In this document: positions 28,534 through 37,600 of the stretch, piece after piece | Layout of the letters: the number at the start of each line of letters is the position of its first letter | Position numbering within the stretch: the stretch's first letter is position 1 | Virus record (IMG/VR): IMGVR_UViG_3300028572_000013 | Coordinates: 1 to 60,169 of that record | Length of the DNA stretch: 60,169 nt | From: a virus | Taxonomy: Duplodnaviria > Caudoviricetes | Strand: one strand, 5' to 3' | The notes under the pieces: model-generated | The model's input: the letters and a program-made list of their open reading frames with translations, nothing else | Database searches by the model: none | What the model was told of the DNA's origin: nothing | Made by a program: the position numbers and the translations under genes

Positions 28534-29981
28534 GTTTAGCGTCTAAGAAAGGGATTGCAAAGGCAATACTTAAACTCAATAAGGCGAAAGGAAGAAACTT
28601 TAATTTAAAAGAATATCTGTTTCCGGAGCAGTACGCCTTCATATCAGATCCATCACCAAATAAACTAGCTGTATGTTCTCGACGCGCCGGTAAAACGATA
28701 GCTTGTGCCGCCGACCTTGTATTTACGGCTACCAACAATCCTGAAACTGTTTCAGTTTATATTACTCTCAGCAGAAACAATGCAAAACGTATTATCTGGA
28801 GAGAAATCAAAAAGATTAATCGAGATTATAATTTAGGGGGTAAAGAGAATTCATCTGAATTATCTGTAACATTTCCTAACCAATCGATAATTTACCTATC
28901 TGGAGCAAAAGATACCAATGAAATTGAGAAGTTCCGAGGTCTCGCTCTTAAACTAGTGTATATCGATGAAGCTCAATCCTTCCGTGAATACATCAAAGAA
29001 CTTATAAACGACGTGTTAGCACCAGCCCTCCTAGACCACGCTGGTACCTTGGTCTTGATTGGTACGCCTAGCGCCATTCCAACCGGTTATTTCCATGATT
29101 GTGCCCAAGAGGGTTCGAACTGGAGTAAGCATCGGTGGACTTTTTTTAATAATCCATTCTTACTAGCTAAGTCAAAAATGACACATAAACAGATGTTAGA
29201 CAGAGAATTAGCAAGACGTGGTGTTCTTCTGACCGACCCGTCAATTCAACGAGAGTATTTTGGTAAATGGGTCACAGATAGTGATTCGTTATTAATTAAG
29301 TATAACGAGAAACTTAATGATTATGTCGATTTACCAGCCTTGAAACCCCCTGCTAGGTGGAACTATATCATGGGTATCGATTTAGGGTTTGATGATGCTG
29401 ATGCTATAGCTATTATAGGCTGGTCTGAAGCTGAGCCAGGAACGTACTTAATTGAAGAAAAGGTCGTCCCCCAACAAGGTTTAACTGAACTAGTTGAGCA
29501 AATTCAAGCATATCAAAAGAAATATGATATAGCCAAGATGGTCATTGACCAAGGTGGGTTAGGTAAGAAACTAGCAGAAGAAATGCGGCGACGCCATCAG
29601 ATACCAGTTGAACCAGCAGATAAAGCTAGAAAGATTGAGAACATAGCTTTCTTAAATGACACTCTACGTACTAGCAGATTTAAAGCTAAGAAAACCTCTA
29701 AGTTTGCTCAAGACGCATATCTAGTTGAAATTGATCAGGATAAATCAACAGCCGATAAGATTAAAGTCTCAGATAAATATCACTCGGATATTATAGACGC
29801 TGTATTATATGCTTTTAGAGAATCCCCTGCTTTTACGTTTCAAAAGGAACCTGAAAAACCTAAATATGGAAGCAAAGCATGGGCTAAGCAACAAGAGGTG
29901 GATATGTTTGATAACGCCCTAGAACACTTTCAAGAGCAGTCAGATAACGCCGAATGGTGGAAAAAGCTATCAAATACCTAA
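28530..29981 (+). CDS. terL: Terminase large subunit
   Basis: CSRRAGKT, YIDEAQ, LIGTP, GIDLGFDD, DIIDAVLY. Confidence 0.93.
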   Translation: MSLASKKGIAKAILKLNKAKGRNFNLKEYLFPEQYAFISDPSPNKLAVCSRRAGKTIACAADLVFTATNNPETVSVYITLSRNNAKRIIWREIKKINRDYNLGGKENSSELSVTFPNQSIIYLSGAKDTNEIEKFRGLALKLVYIDEAQSFREYIKELINDVLAPALLDHAGTLVLIGTPSAIPTGYFHDCAQEGSNWSKHRWTFFNNPFLLAKSKMTHKQMLDRELARRGVLLTDPSIQREYFGKWVTDSDSLLIKYNEKLNDYVDLPALKPPARWNYIMGIDLGFDDADAIAIIGWSEAEPGTYLIEEKVVPQQGLTELVEQIQAYQKKYDIAKMVIDQGGLGKKLAEEMRRRHQIPVEPADKARKIENIAFLNDTLRTSRFKAKKTSKFAQDAYLVEIDQDKSTADKIKVSDKYHSDIIDAVLYAFRESPAFTFQKEPEKPKYGSKAWAKQQEVDMFDNALEHFQEQSDNAEWWKKLSNT

Positions 29982-30017
29982 AAATACATCAAATTCTGTT
30001 TAATTTGATTAAATTTA

Positions 30018-30031
30018 GGTCATTCCGCTAA
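30018..30031 (+). promoter_or_regulatory. Putative phage late promoter GGTCATTCCGCTAA
   Basis: One of four intergenic copies before virion modules. Confidence 0.7.
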
Positions 30032-30046
30032 AGTTAGGAGTCCTAC

Positions 30047-30277
30047 ATGCTACCATTTTTGAAACAAAAGCAAGCCAAAGACGCCGGTGTTATAACCCAG
30101 TTACGATCACCCGACGAAGGCCAGGAACAAGACTCGTCGTCCGGCCTTGAAATGGCTATGCAAGATTTCTCTAGAGCCTCCGATGCTAAAGATTTTAAAG
30201 GGATGGCTGCAGCTTTTAAAGCTGCATTTGACATCCTTGAATCAGAACCCCATGATGAAATTTCACACGAAGAATAA
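30047..30277 (+). CDS. Hypothetical head-module protein
   Basis: AGGAG RBS. Confidence 0.7.
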   Translation: MLPFLKQKQAKDAGVITQLRSPDEGQEQDSSSGLEMAMQDFSRASDAKDFKGMAAAFKAAFDILESEPHDEISHEE

Positions 30278-30290
30278 AGGATAAAATACC

Positions 30291-31220
30291 ATGCCCCTAA
30301 TCAAACGCGCTTCTAAAAAAGCCCTGAGTAAGAACATTGAAACAGAAATGCATGCCGGAACACCACAAAAGCAGGCACTAGCTATAGCTTTCAATACTCA
30401 ACGTCAGGCTCGAAAGAAAATGGCCTTTGGCGGTGAATTCATGGGTAAAAAAGACTCACAACCAGCCCAACCAGCCCCCAGACCGTCGGACGACCAGTCT
30501 AATACAGAAGCTGCAATGGATTCGATTAGGAAAGCATTTGGACCTAAAAAAGCCAAAGGCGGTATGATGTACGCAGAAGGTGGAGAAATAAGAGCCGGCT
30601 CTCATCGCCCAAACGCAGACGATGAAGACGAAAGAGAAATGTCTATGATGGAAGGCGCTTCCCGTGAACATTCTCAAGAATTAGATGCTAGGGACGAACA
30701 TATGAGCGGCATTGACAGCGCCCGCGATAAACGTGAAATGGATATGACCGACGACGAACGTTTAAGCCACGGCGCAGAAATTGATGCCCGCGATGAACAC
30801 ATGAGCGGTATTGACGATGCTGCTGACGAGCGCGAAGAAGATATGCTCAACTCTAAACCCCTTCGTCACTCTTCAGAAAAAAGAGCTGGCACTAAAATGG
30901 TTGATGAAGACTCCAAAGATGATATGGAACTATCGATGATGCATCTTGCTAAAGGCGGAATTGCCGATCGAATACGAGCAAAACACAAGATGATGGCCGA
31001 AGGCGGGGAAGTTGATCTTCAAGATAATAGCGATGAACATTTAAATGAAGAAGATCAATTAAGTTATAAAGCTGCACGTAAAAAGACTTATTATGATGAT
31101 AGTCAAATTTCTCGTCAACCTATGGATTCAAATGAACATGGTGACGAACTTTCGGATGAGGATTCACACGACATGGTCTCCTCTATCCGAAAGAAGATGA
31201 AGTATAAACAACGAAGTTAA
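30291..31220 (+). CDS. Acidic low-complexity protein with xAxGG repeats (possible internal head protein)
   Basis: MAFGG, KAKGG, YAEGG, LAKGG, MAEGG; duplicated DARDEHMSGID. Confidence 0.6.
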   Translation: MPLIKRASKKALSKNIETEMHAGTPQKQALAIAFNTQRQARKKMAFGGEFMGKKDSQPAQPAPRPSDDQSNTEAAMDSIRKAFGPKKAKGGMMYAEGGEIRAGSHRPNADDEDEREMSMMEGASREHSQELDARDEHMSGIDSARDKREMDMTDDERLSHGAEIDARDEHMSGIDDAADEREEDMLNSKPLRHSSEKRAGTKMVDEDSKDDMELSMMHLAKGGIADRIRAKHKMMAEGGEVDLQDNSDEHLNEEDQLSYKAARKKTYYDDSQISRQPMDSNEHGDELSDEDSHDMVSSIRKKMKYKQRS

Positions 31221-31231
31221 TTGAGGGGATT

Positions 31232-31474
31232 ATGAACCCTAAAGAACTCAAAAAGCTTGCTGATACCTGCCGAAAAGCTGGTATTAAGCACTTTAAGAAT
31301 GCCGATTACGAGTTTACATTAGCTGATGATGCCCCAGTTTCAAACTATAAGAAACGCAATGCACCGCAGTTAACGGGACCCGTGGTAGATCCTGGTCTCT
31401 CAACGCAACAACTAACCGACGAAGAAATGCTTTTTTGGTCTGTTGGCGGAGCTGCTGAAAGTACGGAACAATAA
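31232..31474 (+). CDS. Hypothetical protein
   Basis: GAGGGG RBS; directly before portal. Confidence 0.65.
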   Translation: MNPKELKKLADTCRKAGIKHFKNADYEFTLADDAPVSNYKKRNAPQLTGPVVDPGLSTQQLTDEEMLFWSVGGAAESTEQ

Positions 31475-31476
31475 CA

Positions 31477-33369
31477 ATGAAGGTTTCAAAAGTTACTCCT
31501 AAGAATACCGTTACGTTTAGCACTAAAGACCCCAATTCACAGCTTAAGGGAGTATGGAAGTGGTGGACGGCGAAAAATGATAGAGAACTGACTAACCAAG
31601 TTCTTTCTACCGCGGCTTATCTTAAAGAGAGTCAACAGTACCTTCAACGACAAACAGCTATTTATGCTAGGCTCTATGGAAATATGAGCTTATTTAGTTT
31701 TATTGGTTCAAATACCACTAAGATGGATCAACAGACTGGTTTACCAGCTGATAGGCCTACTTTTAATTTAGTTCAATCCTGTATTGATACGTTAGTTTCT
31801 CGACTCAGTCAAAATCGACCCGCCCCTGTATTTTTGACCGATGCCGGCGATTATAAAGAACGTAGATTAGCTAAACAATTAAACAACTTCATCTTAGGTG
31901 AATTTTATCAAACTAAAGCTTACGATAAAGCTGCCATTGCTTTACGCGACGCGTGTGTTACCGGAACTGGTATTCTTAAAGTTTATGAAACCGCAGATAA
32001 TAAGGTAGCCCTCGACAGAGTTCTACGTACTGAATTACTCATAGATTCCAATGATGGCATCTACGGTGAACCTAGACAAATCTTTCAAATGAAATTAGTT
32101 GATAGAGATGTGTTAAAGGACCTCACCGGGTCTAAACAGATAGTTGAAGATGCCGCAACTGCATATCCGGATAACTCAGCAGAATCATCAAAAACAGTTA
32201 CCGATCAAGTAATGATTGTTGAATCTTGGCATTTACCTAGCGGCCCGGGCGCTAAAGATGGCCGGCATGTTATAGCCTGTAGTTCTGGCATACTTCTTGA
32301 TGAAAAGTACACAAAGGATAAATTTCCCTTCGTCTTTATACAATACTCCCCACGTTTGCTGGGGTTCTGGGGCCAAGGGTTATCTGAGCAATTAATGGGA
32401 ACACAGATAGAAATCAATTCCTTATTATTCACCATCTCTCGAGCAATCAAGTTAGTCGGTGTCCCTAGAGTATTCGTCGAAGCAGGATCTAAAGTTTCGA
32501 AAGCAGCTTTTAATAACGACGTCGGAGCTATCATTGAATACCGAGGTATTAAACCTTCGTATGAAGTAGCGCCCGCCGTACCACAGGAGTTATATGCACA
32601 ATTGCAACGACTCATCGACTACGGATACCAGCAATCTGGCGTGTCTGCAATGCAGGCGTCAAGCCAAAAGCCAGCGGGTCTTAACTCCGGAGAAGCCATT
32701 AGATCTTACGATGATATCTCGACAGACCGAATGGCTGCGCTCTCAAAACGATACGATAACATCTTTGTCGAACTTGCTTACGCGATTACTGACCTTGCTA
32801 AAGACATTGCAGAACGAACCGGCAGTTATCAAACAGTTTACCCTAACAAAGACGGAACCAAAGAAATAGACCTACCAAAGGTTACGATGTTAGAAGACCC
32901 ATTTGTTATTCAAGTCTTTAATCAATCTAGTTTACCGAAAGATCCTTCCGGCAGAATGCAAAAGATCACTGAAATGATTGCGAGTGGAATGCTTGATATT
33001 AAAGAAGGCCGTCGATTACTTGATTTCCCAGACTTAGGACAAATAGATAAATTAGCGAATGCTTCGGAGGAAAGAATCTTTCAGTTACTTGATAAGATTG
33101 TAGAAGATGGTGAATATACCCCACCAGATCCATTCATGGATTTATCGCTTGCGTCTCAGTTAGTAGTACAGTACTATAATTTATACAGCTCTTGTAGGTT
33201 AGAAGAAGATCGATGCCAGATGCTTAGAGATTTTTTCAGCCAAGTACAAACGATGACCCAAGCAGCACAACCGGCTACGCCAGCTATGGCGTCGGGATCT
33301 CCAGGAAGTGTACCAGCGCCAACGACGGCACCACCTCCGCAACAAGTAGGTATCCAATCTCAACAGTAA
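31477..33369 (+). CDS. Portal protein
   Basis: 630 aa between TerL and scaffold/capsid; FNLVQSCID, DACVTGTG; Q/P-rich tail. Confidence 0.8.
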   Translation: MKVSKVTPKNTVTFSTKDPNSQLKGVWKWWTAKNDRELTNQVLSTAAYLKESQQYLQRQTAIYARLYGNMSLFSFIGSNTTKMDQQTGLPADRPTFNLVQSCIDTLVSRLSQNRPAPVFLTDAGDYKERRLAKQLNNFILGEFYQTKAYDKAAIALRDACVTGTGILKVYETADNKVALDRVLRTELLIDSNDGIYGEPRQIFQMKLVDRDVLKDLTGSKQIVEDAATAYPDNSAESSKTVTDQVMIVESWHLPSGPGAKDGRHVIACSSGILLDEKYTKDKFPFVFIQYSPRLLGFWGQGLSEQLMGTQIEINSLLFTISRAIKLVGVPRVFVEAGSKVSKAAFNNDVGAIIEYRGIKPSYEVAPAVPQELYAQLQRLIDYGYQQSGVSAMQASSQKPAGLNSGEAIRSYDDISTDRMAALSKRYDNIFVELAYAITDLAKDIAERTGSYQTVYPNKDGTKEIDLPKVTMLEDPFVIQVFNQSSLPKDPSGRMQKITEMIASGMLDIKEGRRLLDFPDLGQIDKLANASEERIFQLLDKIVEDGEYTPPDPFMDLSLASQLVVQYYNLYSSCRLEEDRCQMLRDFFSQVQTMTQAAQPATPAMASGSPGSVPAPTTAPPPQQVGIQSQQ

Positions 33370-33569
33370 CCCATTATCAGACAAGAATCTAACCTATAGA
33401 TATCTCCCTTAATACCAAATGGTAATCCAGGCGGCGCACAATAAGTTTTAGAGCTAGTACAGCTCTTTCATTAAGAAGCAACAACAAAACCGATGTCACA
33501 AGAATTAATATGTTTTTGTGACATATAAAGCAATGAAATTGTAATCAAATTGATTACTTAGGAGATACC

Positions 33570-34574
33570 ATGAAAGTCGAAACGATCGCAGCCCCTTCTA
33601 TTACACAACCAACTGGTGCAAAGTCCATAGCGCAAGTCAGTGCCCGAGATAGAGCTATACAGATGCTAACAGCGCAACAGTCACAGCAAGCTCCCGTTCA
33701 AAACCCAACAAATGTAGCACCGGAAGAAATGTCCGCTATTGTGCCTAAACAACAAGATTCCGGTCAATCCGCTAAAGATGAGAGCCAAGTTCCTGTTGCT
33801 AACGAAGCATCAAAAGCACCAGAAGAACCGATTAGTTCTCAATACGCCGTTTTAGCGCGTAAAGATAAGGCCTTACGTCTTAGGGATCAACAGCTAAAGC
33901 AGAAAGAAGCTGCTTTGCGTGCCCAAGAAGAGGCGTTAAAAGCTAAACCTGTCGCCCCCTCCATTGATGAATCCAAATATATCTCAAGAGATAATCTTCT
34001 AAAAGATCCAATTCGAACTCTTTTAGACATGGGATTAACCTATGATCAACTGACGGAAGCCGCCGTAAACGGTCCTAGTCAAGAGAATATGTCTCTTCAG
34101 AATGAATTAAGAGCAATGAGAGAAGAACTTAAAGCTCTAAAGGGTGAGACTGAGAGCACTAAGAAAAGCTTTGAAGAGAATCAGAACTTACAACGACAAC
34201 AAGCAGAAAAACAGATTAAGTCTGATGTCTCCAGATTAGTTCAATTAGATCCCAGCTTCGAGATGATTAAAGCAACCGGAAGTGTTGGAGATGTAGTGGA
34301 ATTGATTACGAAAACCTTTGATGAGGACGGAATTCTTTTGACCGTTGAGGATGCCGCCGCTCAAGTTGAAGAGTATCTTGCTGAGGAAGCTATTAAACTC
34401 GCAAGACTTAACAAAATTCAACAGAAATTGCAACCTAAAGTTGCTCAACAGACGCTAACGAGTCAAACTCAGCAGCAACAAGTGAAAACCTTGACGTCTA
34501 ATATGACTAACTCGAGACCTTTAAGTGCTAGGGATCGAGCTATATTAGCCGCTGAAGGAAAATTAAACAAGTAA
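33570..34574 (+). CDS. Capsid scaffolding protein
   Basis: Coiled-coil, Q/E-rich, directly before capsid gene; SARDRAI at both ends. Confidence 0.7.
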   Translation: MKVETIAAPSITQPTGAKSIAQVSARDRAIQMLTAQQSQQAPVQNPTNVAPEEMSAIVPKQQDSGQSAKDESQVPVANEASKAPEEPISSQYAVLARKDKALRLRDQQLKQKEAALRAQEEALKAKPVAPSIDESKYISRDNLLKDPIRTLLDMGLTYDQLTEAAVNGPSQENMSLQNELRAMREELKALKGETESTKKSFEENQNLQRQQAEKQIKSDVSRLVQLDPSFEMIKATGSVGDVVELITKTFDEDGILLTVEDAAAQVEEYLAEEAIKLARLNKIQQKLQPKVAQQTLTSQTQQQQVKTLTSNMTNSRPLSARDRAILAAEGKLNK

Positions 34575-34689
34575 TCGATAGCTTAAACTTACTGCAGCAT
34601 GGTGTTACGGTAAGGTATAAACTATCAAAAACTGACCTAGGATCATGACGTTCTAACCAATGTTATAACCAACGTCTAAAGGAAATAAA

Positions 34690-37600
34690 ATGTCCGCAAT
34701 ATATGCAAATTCAAGTAACCAAATTGCAGCTTAAACTTAAATATTGATATAATTAAAATAAAGTGGTACATTAAATTATGTTTAGTGATAAACCCATGAT
34801 CATATATTTCGTAACTTTAAACAACGAAATAGTTTATATAGGACAAACCAAGCTCACACTAGGCAAGCGTCGTTCTCAACATGAGTATAACGCACGTCGG
34901 GGTAAAGGTTATGTAATAGGCTCTGCTATAAGAAAGCATGGAGCAGATAAATTTTCTTGGAATACGCACAGCGTTTATTATAACCAAGTCGATTTAGACG
35001 AAGCTGAAAAGCACTACATAACAAAATACAAACCTAAGTATAACATAAACTTAGGAGGAGAATCTAGGGGAATTCGTAAAAAAGACGGATTAAAACCTTG
35101 GAATAAAGGTCAAAAAGGACTACAAGTTGCCTGGAATAAAGGCCGCAAAGAGACTAGACCGGAAGTTTTAGAAAAGATTAAATCCTCAGCAGTTGCTAGG
35201 GATAATTCTTCTAGAACTATAACTCCTGAACATAGAGCTAAGCTCGTTAAAGGGCGACGATCGGCATACGAAGACGTTGCAAGGCCTTTTAAATGTGAGC
35301 AAAACGGTAAAACCTATTTACTGGTCGTAGATGCCTCTAGGGATTTAAATATATCCGCAAACGGCATTTACGCAGTATTAAATCCAAACAGTAGGTTAAA
35401 ATCCTACAAAGGATTTACTTTTAATTATATACAGTCTTAGAGCTGTTTAAATTTTCTCTAATTGACTTGGAAGCCTAGAAGTAGGTGACAGGGCGGAAGG
35501 CTAAGGCCACCGTGAACGACTAAATGAGAAGACAACGTAAATGTTGATGTGATAGTCTGAACACTGGCATAACAAAAGAAACCAGTGAAGTGGGGGTTAA
35601 TAACCCACGATAACAAATTGTAAAAGAGTTGTATACCGATAGTAATGAATACATGAAGGATTAACACTAGGTCCTTCTAAAACCAACCAATATCGGGGGA
35701 CGCTGAAACGCCAATCCCGAGGTAAAGCAGGGAGTAAAGGTCCTGGCTCACCGTAACGCGTAGTACTTGACACTCTCATAAAAACATGAGAGACTAAAAT
35801 AGTACCAAGAGTGGTAGGCAATCTAGATACTAGATTGATAATGTACGCTGAACTAATATGAAGACATGTAAACGAAAAGACTGCACAGAAAACAACCCGC
35901 AGCCTAAACAAAACTTTGTTAAGGATAGTCGATATGCAGACGGGTACCAAAATATGTGCAAATCTTGTCAGAAAAAATATAACTCAGCCAGGTTTGATCG
36001 AAACCGAGCTAAGATTCTTTTACAGTCCAAGACTTATTACAGTTCTACTATAGACGCCTCTCGAAAAAAGAGGGCAGAGTATAGAGCTACTCATAAAGCG
36101 TTGCAAAAACAACTAGAGGCTGACTGGAGAAAGAAAAACCCAGGCAGATCCCGCGAAAAAGTTCGACGGTATCAAGCTAAAAAGTTAAATGCAACACCTA
36201 AGTGGTTGACTGAAAAGCAAGTACGAGAAATCCAAGCGTTCTACGAAAACTGTCCAATTGGGCATGAGGTAGACCATATACTCCCCTTACAAGGGGTTAG
36301 CGTCTCTGGGTTTCACGTTCTAAACAACTTACAGTACTTGCCCAGATCAGAAAATCGTAAAAAGTCAAACAAATATTAGAAGTTGAGATAAAAAGCTCAA
36401 CGATAACATTAAGTTAGTTTACAAAGAAAATCCTTTCTTGGCATTAGTGCCCAAACTGGAATCTCCAGACGGTTTCGCTGGTAAGTACATTCCAGTGCCT
36501 ATCGAATTCGGCGTACCAGCCGGACGATCACACTCGTTCTCTAATGCGCAAAACCAACAGACAGCAGCTCAACTGGCTTCTTTCTTCGTGTATGTGATTT
36601 CAGACTATCAGTTGGTAACTATTACGAACCTCCTTAACTCCATGGGGACCTGCTAGAGTAATCTAGCTTGCAAATCGATCAAATTCGGTGAAAGCTGAAA
36701 CGCTAATACCGAGCTAAATGCAGAGGATAAAGAATCTGCATCAGTGTAGAGCATAGTGCTTGATCCTAGGGCCAAAATGGACTAGACTAAAATAGCACCA
36801 CGAGTGATCGACATCCGAGAAGTAAATCTGAAAGGATGATAAGATATGCCGACCTTAACTAAAGTATGTACTCTTTGTAAAGTAGAAAAGCTAGAAATAG
36901 AATTTTACCCAAATGGATACACACAGAACGATGGCAGCAAAAGTTAAGAAGTAGAGGATAAAAAGCCTCTACGATAACAGCTCCGCATGGAGCAAACCAA
37001 ATCAAATGCGGGTAGAATGTGCCCCCTAGCAGCGTAAGCTGTTAGAGAAAACTGACCAATATCGGTGAAGGCTGAAATGCTAATACCGAGATAAGCTAAG
37101 TAACTAAAAAGATTTAGCCATCGTAACGATTAGTACTTGAAAACTGATGAAAATCAGAATAAAATAGTACCACGAGTGGTCGGCATCCCAAAGGGATGAA
37201 AATTTAATCTGGACTTATATGAAGACTTGTAGAGACTGTAAAATAACTAAAGAGAAAAAAGAATTTAGTATTAGACAGCCGATATGTAAACCATGTCGCT
37301 CAAAAGTGATGGCACAAAGATACTTAGACAACAAAGAGCATCACAATAAAAAGAGCAAAGCATGGTATCAAGCTAACAAGTCGATAGTAAGCATTAAAGG
37401 AAAAGCAGCTCGAGCCTCAAACAGAGAGAGTATAAATCTGAAGAGAAGGCTTAAGAAATACGGAATTACACTAGAACAGTATAATCAAAAACTAGTGGAA
37501 AACAATAATTCCTGTGAAATCTGCAAAAAACCCTTTACTGAAACGCCTGCCATTGATCATGATCACACGACTGGACAATTTAGAAGTCTACTCTGTGATA

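Noticed and set aside
36438-36656. Independent 72-aa gene
   Set aside because: It is capsid exon 3 read through into intron 3
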